NCBI GenBank assembly: GCA_025349965.1
Contig: CP075337.1
Coordinates: forward strand, 600,001 to 632,000
Origin: Candidatus Saccharimonadota bacterium
GTDB lineage: Bacteria; Patescibacteriota; Saccharimonadia; Saccharimonadales; Saccharimonadaceae
Direction: 5' to 3'
DNA length: 32,000 bases
Made by a program: the position numbers and the translations under genes. Positions 1-8,452 of the stretch are shown one piece after another. The number at the start of each line of letters is the position of its first letter. Position 1 is the stretch's first letter. The notes beneath the pieces are model-generated. The model was given only the letters and a program-made list of their open reading frames with translations. It made no database searches and was not told where the DNA came from.

Positions 1-345
1 CATGCCAGCCGGATCTACTACAGACGATTGTATCTTCGCTCCCGTACCATCACGCTGGAAAAAGCATTCTCCGGCATCAAAACCATCCTTGGCGGGAAAG
101 TCCTCTAGACGCCCAAGACATGTAGCAATTGTCGTCTTGCCAGCAGGCATGAGTTTGTCTTCGGCCGCCGCCAACCGAGTAAGCTTCTCCAGGTCGTCTA
201 CCTTCGATGCATATGCCGAGGTCTGAGCCCGTTTTTGTATTCCGTTATATGAAACGATTGTAATTGCCGCCAAAATAGCAATCACAACGATAACAATCAG
301 AAGTTCTACAATAGTGAAACCGGCCCTACCCTTGAAACGATTCAT
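1..345 (-). CDS. type IV pilin-like protein (prepilin-type N-terminal cleavage/methylation domain); C-terminus cut by window edge
   Basis: Absent from the ORF track because it runs off the window. Reverse-strand ATG at 343-345 opens MNRFKGRAGFTIVELLIVIVVIAILAAITIVSYNGIQKRAQTS... A short basic leader, G|FTxxE and a ~20-residue hydrophobic helix make up the class III (pilin) signal. The frame stays open for all 115 codons down to base 1. Confidence 0.8.
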   Translation of the reverse strand, partial: MNRFKGRAGFTIVELLIVIVVIAILAAITIVSYNGIQKRAQTSAYASKVDDLEKLTRLAAAEDKLMPAGKTTIATCLGRLEDFPAKDGFDAGECFFQRDGTGAKIQSSVVDPAGM

Positions 346-354
346 AGCCTGTCT

Positions 355-363
355 AGTATAGCA
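355..363 (-). promoter_or_regulatory. extended -10 (TGCTATACT) 9 nt upstream of the pilin ATG
   Basis: Reverse complement of 355-363 is TGCTATACT. Only agacaggct separates it from ATG 345, and there is no SD. Confidence 0.45.
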
Positions 364-397
364 TGGGCGAGAAGATTAATCTTATATGCGCCCCGTG

Positions 398-1702
398 CTA
401 GAGGAGCTCTTTACCACCAAGATACGGACGAAGTACTTCTGGTACCGTCACCGTTCCGTCTTCATGTTGGTTGTTTTCAATAATCGCAATCATGATGCGT
501 CCAAGCGCAAACGCAGTGGCGTCATTCGTGTGCGCAAGCTCGAGACCTTCACCTGAAGCAAGACGAATGCGTGTCTGGAGGCGACGTGTTTGATAATCTG
601 TCATGTAGTCCGCGGTGTGCGTTTCACGGTACTTGTTTTGCCCAGGAAGCCACGCTTCCATGTCGATGCCGCGCGCATTCGGCTTGCCAATATCGGCAGT
701 ACACTTTTGAATTACCTGGTATGGAATCTGTAGCGCGCTAAGGAGATACTCCTGAATCGCAACAAAGAAATGGTGCTCAGCAAGCCCAGCCTCGCCAGTT
801 GTAAATGACTCAAGCTCAAGCTTGTCAAACTGGTGCATGCGGAGGATACCCTCCATGTCTTTGCCATACGTACCCGCTTCACGGCGGAAGCTGGTTGCAT
901 AGCCCACGTGACGGATTGGAAGTTCGGCTTCATCAATTACCTCTCCAGCGTACATACTTCCCATAACGTGTTCGGCACTTCCCTGGAGCCAAAGATCATC
1001 ACCTTCAAGCTTGTAGCGGTCATCACGCGGCTCAAGACGATCCATTGCATCGTAAAGATCAGTGCGAATCATGAATGGCGGCAAAGTTGGAATAAATGGC
1101 TTGGTTGAAATAGTTTCAAGCCCTGCATTCTGGGCAATTTCTTTAAGTTTTTCTTCACTTGAGAGTGTTGAGAAGACAAACTGTACAATTGCAAACTGGA
1201 GCTGCACGAGCTCGCCCTTCAGGTAGGCAAAACGACTGCCCGCAACTTTGGCAGCACGCTCTTTATCAATCCAGCCGCGTTGCTCGGCAATTTGGTAGTG
1301 ATTGCGCGCTTCAAAAGTAAACTGCGTTGGCTCGCCCACTACCTTTGCAACAACATTCTCATCTTCGCTTGCACCAAGCGGCACATCGGCAAGCGCCATG
1401 TTTGGGATAGCTTTTTGGAGTGCTAAGACTTCAGCTTCAAGCGTGTTGAGTTCGGCCTCACGCTCGGCAAGCTCAATTTTGATTTGCTTACCTTCATCAA
1501 TAAGTGACTGTTCCGGGCGACCACCCTTCATCTTGGCAGCGTTTTGATTGCGGCGCTCACGAAGGTCATCTACCACCTTTAGTACTTGGCGACGACTATC
1601 GTCACGCGAAATAAGTGCAGCAACATCAACCTCATACCCTTTATTGCGGGCATTTTCTTGGACTTGCTGGGCGTTCTCGCGGATGAATTTTAGGTCTAAC
1701 AT
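398..1702 (-). CDS. serS: seryl-tRNA synthetase
   Basis: 434-aa ORF. N-terminal coiled-coil arm MLDLKFIRENAQQVQENARNKGY. Class II motifs FRREAGTYGKD and GRIMIAIIENNQ are typical of SerRS. Confidence 0.95.
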   Translation of the reverse strand: MLDLKFIRENAQQVQENARNKGYEVDVAALISRDDSRRQVLKVVDDLRERRNQNAAKMKGGRPEQSLIDEGKQIKIELAEREAELNTLEAEVLALQKAIPNMALADVPLGASEDENVVAKVVGEPTQFTFEARNHYQIAEQRGWIDKERAAKVAGSRFAYLKGELVQLQFAIVQFVFSTLSSEEKLKEIAQNAGLETISTKPFIPTLPPFMIRTDLYDAMDRLEPRDDRYKLEGDDLWLQGSAEHVMGSMYAGEVIDEAELPIRHVGYATSFRREAGTYGKDMEGILRMHQFDKLELESFTTGEAGLAEHHFFVAIQEYLLSALQIPYQVIQKCTADIGKPNARGIDMEAWLPGQNKYRETHTADYMTDYQTRRLQTRIRLASGEGLELAHTNDATAFALGRIMIAIIENNQHEDGTVTVPEVLRPYLGGKELL

Positions 1703-1709
1703 AGTACAT

Positions 1710-1718
1710 AGTATACCA
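1710..1718 (-). promoter_or_regulatory. extended -10 (TGGTATACT) 7 nt upstream of the serS ATG
   Basis: Reverse complement reads TGGTATACTatgtactATG. It lies immediately downstream of the permease terminator, and there is no SD. Confidence 0.45.
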
Positions 1719-1754
1719 GAAAACCCGCCCAGTTCTGATGACAGCGGGCGGGTT
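1713..1754 (-). terminator. rho-independent terminator after the ABC permease gene
   Basis: AACCCGCCC (1722-1730) pairs with GGGCGGGTT (1746-1754). On the minus strand the stem is followed by TTTTCTGG. Confidence 0.55.
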
Positions 1755-1776
1755 CTTGTTCTATACGTAGCGGAGC

Positions 1777-3057
1777 TTACTCTGTACGCAACGCTTCAAT
1801 TGGGTCAAGCTTCGCAGCCTTGCGGCTTGGGAAGTATCCAGAAATGATAGCGATAAGCATGAGACCAACCACGAGAACGGCGCTCATGAGCCAGTCCATC
1901 TGGAGCAACTCGGTGCCGCTTTCAAGGTCGAATGCGCCTGTAATGACCGGGTTGAGCAATGTCACGAGGAACGCGAGTACTACACCAATGACACCGCCAA
2001 GGAAACCAATCCAGGCAGCTTCGTAGCGGAACAGCCGGCTGACATCACGACGGCGCATACCGAGTGCCTTCATGAGGCCAATCTGCTGCGTGCGTTCAAG
2101 TACTGAAATGTACTGGGTATTAATGATGCCGAAGATTGACGCCAAGATAGCAAGTGCACCGAAGCCCATAAGGCCGTACTGTACGATGTTTACCATCTGC
2201 ATAATACTCGTACGCATCTCAGCAAAGGTCATTGCACTGAAACTTCCCGCATCAAGGATCTTCTGCTTTACCGTATCAACATTCACCCCCTGGCGAGCGG
2301 TGACCATAAAGGCATAGTACCCTTCTGGCGCACCCTCTGGGCGTTGCATTTTTGCAATTTCTTCCCCGTCCTTGTTAGAAATACGGAACTCATTATTGTA
2401 GAACGCAAGCGGACTGGTCGGCTTTGCATCTACAGCAACAATCTTAAATTCTTTTGTAAATGTACCGCCAAAGGCATTTGCAAAAGTAACTGTGACTGTC
2501 TTATCAAGCGCAGTCTCGGCATTCTTGAAGCCAAATGAATCAAGATATACGTGCGGCAGAACAATTTGTCCTGGAAGAATTTCATTATTACTTCCAAGTT
2601 TACCAGCAGTAAGATCGATTGCCGTACCATCGTACTGAACCTTCACCTGTCCTTGGTATTTATCACTGCCATTTGCTTCAACCGCTTGCGCCTCAACACC
2701 AAATACTGGTGATACTTTTTCGACGCCATCAATGGCGGCAATTTTACTACGATCTTTCGGTGTTAATTCACGAATGGTACTTGCCGAAGGACTCGTAGGC
2801 GCCTCTTCCGCACCGACTTTCTTTGGTTTTGTATCTGCGTTCGGGTCAGTATCAAATTTTGGTGAAACTTGAATTGTCCGAAGATCGCCCGCACCGCTCA
2901 CAACACTGTCGAGATAACTACGCCCACCGTTACCTGCCGCCATAGCGAGTGCAATGGTAAATGCGCCAACGCCAATTGCGAGGCTCGTAAGGATTGTGCG
3001 CGCCTTTGCCTGACGAAGGTTGCGTCCAGCGCGGCGGATTACATCAGTTGTCTTCAT
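1777..3057 (-). CDS. ABC transporter permease, MacB/FtsX family
   Basis: 426-aa ORF. It has an N-terminal TM helix (ILTSLAIGVGAFTIALAMAAG), a large extracytoplasmic domain and a C-terminal FtsX-type TM bundle ending PSRKAAKLDPIEALRTE. It lies 3 nt downstream of the ATPase gene. Confidence 0.85.
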   Translation of the reverse strand: MKTTDVIRRAGRNLRQAKARTILTSLAIGVGAFTIALAMAAGNGGRSYLDSVVSGAGDLRTIQVSPKFDTDPNADTKPKKVGAEEAPTSPSASTIRELTPKDRSKIAAIDGVEKVSPVFGVEAQAVEANGSDKYQGQVKVQYDGTAIDLTAGKLGSNNEILPGQIVLPHVYLDSFGFKNAETALDKTVTVTFANAFGGTFTKEFKIVAVDAKPTSPLAFYNNEFRISNKDGEEIAKMQRPEGAPEGYYAFMVTARQGVNVDTVKQKILDAGSFSAMTFAEMRTSIMQMVNIVQYGLMGFGALAILASIFGIINTQYISVLERTQQIGLMKALGMRRRDVSRLFRYEAAWIGFLGGVIGVVLAFLVTLLNPVITGAFDLESGTELLQMDWLMSAVLVVGLMLIAIISGYFPSRKAAKLDPIEALRTE

Positions 3058-3060
3058 CGC

Positions 3061-3807
3061 TTATGCCCTCCCGCCTTCTTTTGCCACTACAGACTTTTTA
3101 GTTCCGTTTTCACTGATTGACTCAACGCGTCCGTCCTTAACAGTAATAACAATGTCACACCGCGTGCTTAAGTCTTCGTCGTGCGTCACAATCACAAGTG
3201 TCACGCCCTTTTCTTTATTGTATCCAAAGAGAAGCTCTTCAACGCGCTGCCCAGTAACACTATCGAGATTTCCGGTTGGCTCATCGGCGAAAATAATGCG
3301 CGGCTCGTTTACGATAGCACGTGCAATTGCAAGGCGCTGCTTCTGCCCGCCTGAAAGATTTCGCGCCTTACTGCGCACCTTTTCATCAAGTTCAACTGCT
3401 TCAAGCGCTTTCATAACTTTACCGCGACGCGCACGCTTTGGTGCTTTAGCAATCTCCAGCGGAAGACTGACGTTGTCATAGACTGATTCATTCGCCTGAA
3501 CAAAAAAGCTCTGGAAAATGAAGCCGATTTTCTTAGAGCGGAACGTATCTACCGCCTTGCTCTTTAGCTTAAGAATATCGACACCATCAACCAGAACTTC
3601 CCCTGTCTCAGGCCTGTCGAGCCCACTCATAGCGTGCATGAGTGTTGACTTACCACTTCCCGACTTTCCCAAGATTGCCACACTGGCGCCATCTGGAATC
3701 GTGAAGCTGACGTCGTCAAGCGCACGAAAAGCATTTTGCTTTTTACCGTACGTTTTGGTGACATTTTTTACTTCAATCACTTGTAGTACTCTACCCTTCC
3801 GTTTCAT
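3061..3807 (-). CDS. ABC transporter ATP-binding protein (MacB/LolD-like)
   Basis: 248-aa ORF with Walker A GKSGSGKST, ABC signature LSGGQKQRLAIARA, Walker B IIFADEPTGNLD and an H-loop VTHD. Confidence 0.9.
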   Translation of the reverse strand: MKRKGRVLQVIEVKNVTKTYGKKQNAFRALDDVSFTIPDGASVAILGKSGSGKSTLMHAMSGLDRPETGEVLVDGVDILKLKSKAVDTFRSKKIGFIFQSFFVQANESVYDNVSLPLEIAKAPKRARRGKVMKALEAVELDEKVRSKARNLSGGQKQRLAIARAIVNEPRIIFADEPTGNLDSVTGQRVEELLFGYNKEKGVTLVIVTHDEDLSTRCDIVITVKDGRVESISENGTKKSVVAKEGGRA

Positions 3808-3822
3808 TAACTCTATGGTTCT

Positions 3823-3851
3823 ATGTTACGCAAGGTAGTGGGCTTTGTCAA
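3823..3851 (-). promoter_or_regulatory. sigma70-type promoter of the ABC transporter operon
   Basis: Reverse strand reads TTGACA (3846-3851), a 17-nt spacer, then TAACAT (3823-3828). The ATG is 15 nt downstream. Confidence 0.5.
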
Positions 3852-3857
3852 GAATGT

Positions 3858-4391
3858 CTACTGCTTGATATGGTTCATAAAGGCATCAACGTAGCTCTGA
3901 AGCATGCCCTCTGCCTCTACGTGAATTCCGCCATCTTCAGAGAAGAATCGACCACCATCAACATACATTTCTGGTTGTCCCATAATACGTGTATTAAGGA
4001 AAAGAAGTACGTTACGAAGCTGTGATTGCGCCTGTGTCGTGCCGAGCGGACTTGGCGAGACGCCCGCAACCGCCACTGGCTTGCCATTAAGACTGTTGTC
4101 ACCATATGGACGCGAGATCCAGTCCAGTGCGTTCTTCACCACCCCTGAGTACCCACGATTATATTCTGGTGAAATAATCAGCACGCCATCCGCTGATGCA
4201 ATCTCATCCTTCACAGCTTGGACATCTTCTGGGACTCCTGCCATTTCGACATCATCATTATAAAGCGGGAGGTCTACGGAGATATGAGCAACCTCAACAT
4301 CTTCTGGTAAACGAGCTTCTACTGCTTGAGCAAATTTCTTATTCAAAGACTCTTTACGAAGACTTCCTACGATGATTGCAACTTTTGTCAT
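3858..4391 (-). CDS. NADPH-dependent FMN reductase family protein
   Basis: 177-aa ORF. MTKVAIIVGSLRKESLNKK... and ISPEYNRGYSGVVKNALDWISRP match the flavodoxin-like NADPH-dependent FMN reductase family (YieF/ChrR-like). SD CAGGAG lies upstream. Confidence 0.8.
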   Translation of the reverse strand: MTKVAIIVGSLRKESLNKKFAQAVEARLPEDVEVAHISVDLPLYNDDVEMAGVPEDVQAVKDEIASADGVLIISPEYNRGYSGVVKNALDWISRPYGDNSLNGKPVAVAGVSPSPLGTTQAQSQLRNVLLFLNTRIMGQPEMYVDGGRFFSEDGGIHVEAEGMLQSYVDAFMNHIKQ

Positions 4392-4419
4392 TACCTACTC
4401 CTGTATTGTTTATTACTAT

Positions 4420-4440
4420 ACTTAATATAGCATATTAAGT
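4420..4440 (-). promoter_or_regulatory. perfect 9-3-9 palindrome overlapping the extended -10 of the FMN reductase gene (candidate operator)
   Basis: ACTTAATAT agc ATATTAAGT. The reverse strand contains TGCTATATT (4424-4432). It lies ~30 nt upstream of ATG 4391. Confidence 0.45.
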
Positions 4441-4483
4441 AGTGTTCTGTCTGCAGATTGTGATGTTTTGAACGATTTTGCAG

Positions 4484-6262
4484 CTACCAGCCACCTCCGC
4501 CACCACCGCCACCACCTCCGCCAGAGGAGCCGCCGCCTGATGAGCCACCAGAGCTTGATGAACTGCTTGAGCCAGAAGATGATGACGCGGCGTATGAGAA
4601 GCTCGAAATAGCCGAGCTAAATGCCACAGCATTAAATGTTGATGAACCGCTATACCATTCCGGTGATTGACCAGTCTGTGTATAAAACTCTCCAAGGCGC
4701 TTCGTCCACTCTTTTTCGCGGCCGAAGAAAATAGCATAGGGAAGCACCCGTTCATACAGCTTTACAAGCTGCCCTGAATCATTAGGGTCTAACGATGCCC
4801 CCACCTTCTCTGCAGTATCTGGTCCTTGCAGCATACGAATACGATCAACCTCGGCAGCCTTAATGTATATATCAAGCCCCATGAGGTACCGTCGTAGCGC
4901 CAACCCCTTATCTGTCAGCGGCTTAAGCGTAAAGCTAAGTATAAACGAGATAAGCGCGGCGAAGAGCAAGAATGGAGAGAGTGTTATTAGGCCGATAATG
5001 AGCAACGCGAGTGCCCAGCGCCTGAAGAGCAGCTTACCTTCGGGATCAACATCTTTTGAGCGCAATGCGTATTCACCGTCAATGAGATCACTGAGTTTCC
5101 TGTCATTATCCATTGTGCGTGCTGAATATGCATAATCATAGCGCAGAGATTTCAGCGCAAGCCGTTCGCCTACTGCCGGTACATGACCAAACATATCAGA
5201 AAGAATCTCCTGCTCTTCGGCAAGAAGCTCTGATGCGTCGCGGATAATGTGAATGTCATACTCCGCAGGCCTCCACCCACTCTTTGGGCGAGTCTCGATA
5301 ATTTCTATGTAATGACGAACCGCAAAGTCAATCAACTGTGCACCAAATACCGACCCGAGTGGTGTAACAATCTGCCCCGCTGTCATAACACTCACCCCTC
5401 GCGGCGGGATATATTCAACGGGAATTGGTTTAAGTTCTTTTGTACGGTTTGTCTTGCGACTATAGATAACGACCAGCGCAATCGCAGCTACGAAACCTAG
5501 AATACTCGTAATGATCACTATTGCGATCCATATCATCACCAACGTATCAAAGAAACTCTTTTGGTAAGGCGCAAATGCATCCTTTGTAAAGCCGAATGCA
5601 ACCGTTGCGTTCTGAGAAGACCGAAGCCCTTGTAGGGAGAGTCGATACACACCAGACTCGTCATTAAAAGCACACTGAGTCGTAGAACCCGAATAGCCGT
5701 AATAACACTTTGGGGTATCCTGAAGCTCACCGCGAATTGAGCTATCAAGGAAGATGGCAACCGTTAAGTTTTGGATTGGCACGCGCCATTGAACGCCATT
5801 TGTATCCCAATACCACTCCGTCCGGCCTGTATTCTCAAAATAGTGCGTCACATCACGTTGTGTATACGTAATATCATATGTTTTTTCACCATACACATAC
5901 GTATCAGCGTCACCAATGCGAAGCGTTGTTGCGTCCCCCACACTGCTCGTGCTGTACGCCACTGACTGACCTCGCTCATCCTTCACAGATATAATCTTAA
6001 GACTCGTAGGATGGCCTTTGTACTGATTGGGAATTGTACGTTCAATCCCGTGATTGGTATTCGGCCGCGTAAAGTTAGCCTTTATCGTCTCGTGTGCCTC
6101 AAGCACGGAACGCCTATCGGGATCACGAGAGAGTTTATACTCTATATTGTACGATTCAATAACAAAAGCATTAAGGCCCTGTGCACCCACGGTGCCGCTA
6201 TGAATTAATAAACTTCCCGCAAGTACTGCTATAAACGCAGCCAATCCACCTAACCATTTCAT
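4484..6262 (-). CDS. DUF2207-like membrane protein with poly-Gly/Ser C-terminal tail
   Basis: The ORF-track frame is 4484..6301. I prefer the ATG at 6262 (MKWLGGLAAFIAVLAGSLLIHSGTVGA is signal-like) because an extended -10 TGCTACAAT (6269-6277) lies 6 nt upstream of it. The protein has a large N-terminal extracytoplasmic domain, central TM helices and the tail SSSGSSSSSSSGGSSGGGSSGGGGGGGGGGGW, which is typical of DUF2207 proteins as I recall them. Confidence 0.7.
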   Translation of the reverse strand: MKWLGGLAAFIAVLAGSLLIHSGTVGAQGLNAFVIESYNIEYKLSRDPDRRSVLEAHETIKANFTRPNTNHGIERTIPNQYKGHPTSLKIISVKDERGQSVAYSTSSVGDATTLRIGDADTYVYGEKTYDITYTQRDVTHYFENTGRTEWYWDTNGVQWRVPIQNLTVAIFLDSSIRGELQDTPKCYYGYSGSTTQCAFNDESGVYRLSLQGLRSSQNATVAFGFTKDAFAPYQKSFFDTLVMIWIAIVIITSILGFVAAIALVVIYSRKTNRTKELKPIPVEYIPPRGVSVMTAGQIVTPLGSVFGAQLIDFAVRHYIEIIETRPKSGWRPAEYDIHIIRDASELLAEEQEILSDMFGHVPAVGERLALKSLRYDYAYSARTMDNDRKLSDLIDGEYALRSKDVDPEGKLLFRRWALALLIIGLITLSPFLLFAALISFILSFTLKPLTDKGLALRRYLMGLDIYIKAAEVDRIRMLQGPDTAEKVGASLDPNDSGQLVKLYERVLPYAIFFGREKEWTKRLGEFYTQTGQSPEWYSGSSTFNAVAFSSAISSFSYAASSSSGSSSSSSSGGSSGGGSSGGGGGGGGGGGW

Positions 6263-6268
6263 GCCCTC

Positions 6269-6277
6269 ATTGTAGCA
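6269..6277 (-). promoter_or_regulatory. extended -10 (TGCTACAAT) 6 nt upstream of the DUF2207 ATG
   Basis: Reverse strand reads gcgTGCTACAATgagggcATGaaatgg. Confidence 0.45.
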
Positions 6278-6308
6278 CGCGACAAGAGTAGGTGTAACCA
6301 AAGCGTCC

Positions 6309-7826
6309 TTACTCTTGCGTAAAGTCTACTTGAGGATACAATGCCTTAGTGACTTCATCATATTCATGACGAAGTTGTGGGAACGGCACTCCTTCGCGGG
6401 CGGTAACGCCTTCAAAAATCCAGAAAACGCGTTCGCTAAAGCCCCAACCGCAGGCTGGTGGCATACCGTATTCAAGCATCTCCACGTAATCAATGTCGAG
6501 CATCATAGCTTCATCGTCACCGGCGTCACGCATACCCTGCTGCTCAACAAAGCGATTGAGCTGATCAACTGGGTCGTTAAGCTCAGAGAATCCATTACCG
6601 AGCTCAGAACCAGCAATGACCGGCTGGAAGCGCTGTACGGTTTCAGGGTTATCAGGGTTGCTCTTTGAAAGCGGGCTAATGAAGGTTGGCGTATTCACAA
6701 GCCAAACTGGACCAGCAACATCTTTACGGATATTCTTCCAGAGCTTATCAATACCGCGAGCACGGTTCTCGGTTTGCTCTACTTCAAGCTTGTTATCCTT
6801 GAGCGCCTGTTTGACTTCATCAAGCGTAGAGGTGAATACGTCAATACCATAGCGGTCTTTAATGACAGTCGCGTAGTCCCACACTTCCCACTCGCCGCTC
6901 ATATCAACTTCAAAGCCACGAACGTTAAACTGAAGTGTACCAAAAGTCTTCTGGAGTACGTCTTTGTACATACCTTCCATAAATTTCATGCCATCTTGCC
7001 AGTTAGCGTATGCCCAGTACCACTCCATTGCTACGTGCTCTGGAAGGTGCTCATCTGAATAATTTTCATTGCGGAAACGTGGACCGATGTCATACACTTT
7101 TTCAAAGCCAGCGCCGATAAGACGCTTGAGCGGAAGCTCATGGCTAATGCGAAGGTAGAAGTCTTGATCAAGCGCATCCATGTGCGTTACAAATGGGTTT
7201 GCATCTGCACCACCGGTGGTATGCTCAAGCACGGGGATATTAACCTCAACAAAACCGTTATCATTGAGATAATCACGTGTCGCTTGCCAGAACTTAGAAC
7301 GACGAACAAAGCGTTCGCGCACATCAAGGTTTACGTTCATATCTACATAACGGCGACGCATGCGCTCTTCTTTGTTCGTAAAGCCATCTTGTGCACTTGG
7401 CATAGGACGAAGCGCCTTAGAGAGAAGGCGAAGTGATTCAACGCCAACAGAAACTTCGCCAGTCTTTGTTTTAATCACTGGGCCAGTTGCTTCAATGAAA
7501 TCACCGGTATCAAGCAGTGTAATATCTTTGATACCAAGAATACCCTTGGTAGCGTTACGCTCGCCCACCGCCCCATCTTGAAGAAAGAGTTGCAACTCAC
7601 CGGATTGATCTCGCACAACAATAAACGCCAACTTACCAAACTTACGGATACCCATAACACGGCCAGCAACAGTTACCTGCTGACCCTCAAGCGTAGCGAA
7701 GTCACCCTTCACCGCCGCAGTTTCGTGCGTACGATGACTTTCGGCTGGGTATGGGTTGAAGCCGAGTTCTTGTAGGTCTGCGAGCTTGCGCAGGCGCTCA
7801 TTGCGAAAATCTTGTAGTGTTGCCAT
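6309..7826 (-). CDS. lysS: lysyl-tRNA synthetase, class II
   Basis: 505-aa ORF. It has an N-terminal OB-fold (VTVAGRVMGIRKFGKLAFIVVRD), LRISHELPLKRLIGAGFEKVYDIGPRFRNE (motif 2 region) and a C-terminal class IIb core. Confidence 0.9.
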   Translation of the reverse strand: MATLQDFRNERLRKLADLQELGFNPYPAESHRTHETAAVKGDFATLEGQQVTVAGRVMGIRKFGKLAFIVVRDQSGELQLFLQDGAVGERNATKGILGIKDITLLDTGDFIEATGPVIKTKTGEVSVGVESLRLLSKALRPMPSAQDGFTNKEERMRRRYVDMNVNLDVRERFVRRSKFWQATRDYLNDNGFVEVNIPVLEHTTGGADANPFVTHMDALDQDFYLRISHELPLKRLIGAGFEKVYDIGPRFRNENYSDEHLPEHVAMEWYWAYANWQDGMKFMEGMYKDVLQKTFGTLQFNVRGFEVDMSGEWEVWDYATVIKDRYGIDVFTSTLDEVKQALKDNKLEVEQTENRARGIDKLWKNIRKDVAGPVWLVNTPTFISPLSKSNPDNPETVQRFQPVIAGSELGNGFSELNDPVDQLNRFVEQQGMRDAGDDEAMMLDIDYVEMLEYGMPPACGWGFSERVFWIFEGVTAREGVPFPQLRHEYDEVTKALYPQVDFTQE

Positions 7827-7835
7827 ATCTAGGTT

Positions 7836-7844
7836 ATTTTAGCA
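7836..7844 (-). promoter_or_regulatory. extended -10 (TGCTAAAAT) 9 nt upstream of the lysS ATG
   Basis: Reverse strand reads aaaaaTGCTAAAATaacctagatATG. It lies downstream of the greA terminator, and there is no SD. Confidence 0.45.
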
Positions 7845-7876
7845 TTTTTCAGGGGTTTTTACCAGAGGTGCACCGT

Positions 7877-7902
7877 TAAAAAACTCGCCCCTCTGGGCGA
7901 GT
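7877..7902 (-). terminator. rho-independent terminator after greA
   Basis: ACTCGCCC (7883-7890) pairs with GGGCGAGT (7895-7902). A T-run follows on the minus strand. Confidence 0.7.
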
Positions 7903-7924
7903 TTTTACTTCAAGCAAGCAAATG

Positions 7925-8383
7925 CTACTTAATTGCTGCAACTTCGTAGGTCGTGTCACCCTTTGGCGTTGAGATAGTCACCTTTTCGCCAACCTTCTTG
8001 CCGTAGAGTGCCATACCGATTGGAGATTCGTTACTCACCTTACCCTCAAGCGGGTTCGCTTCAACCGGGCCTACAATTGTGTAGGTAAACTTCTTCGCAC
8101 CACTCTTAAGTTCAACTGTACTTCCGAGGCCAATTGCGCTCTTTCCGCTTGTTTTAATAATATCTGCGTTCGTGAGAATATCTTCGATATCCGCAATGCG
8201 AGTCTCAAGAAGACCCTGCTCTTCACGGGCTGCGTCATATTCAGCGTTTTCACTAAGATCTCCGAAGTCACGTGCTTCTGAAATCTTATCCGCCACTTCA
8301 CCGCGACGTGATTTAAGCTCTTCGAGCTCTTTCTCTAACTCTGCCTTACCTTCAGCAGTAATCTGGTATGCTTTTTGAATCAT
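7925..8383 (-). CDS. greA: transcription elongation factor GreA
   Basis: The frame runs to 8416, but ATG 8383 (MIQKAYQITAEGKAELEKELEELK...) is preceded by SD AAGGAAAAAGGA. The GreA signature is FGDLSENAEYDAAREEQ. Confidence 0.9.
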   Translation of the reverse strand: MIQKAYQITAEGKAELEKELEELKSRRGEVADKISEARDFGDLSENAEYDAAREEQGLLETRIADIEDILTNADIIKTSGKSAIGLGSTVELKSGAKKFTYTIVGPVEANPLEGKVSNESPIGMALYGKKVGEKVTISTPKGDTTYEVAAIK

Positions 8384-8452
8384 TATTCCTTTTTCCTTAT
8401 AAGTACCGCCGTACACTATATGTAGCGTAGGGCGGTATATGTAAAACTCTAT

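Noticed and set aside
2-226. 74-aa plus-strand ORF at the left edge
   Set aside because: It is antisense to the pilin gene, whose N-terminal prepilin motif is unambiguous.
8402-8440. Hairpin TACCGCC...GGCGGTA between proS and greA as a terminator
   Set aside because: It has a large irregular loop and no U-run on the minus strand. It may be an attenuator or an mRNA-stability element, but I cannot support a terminator call.
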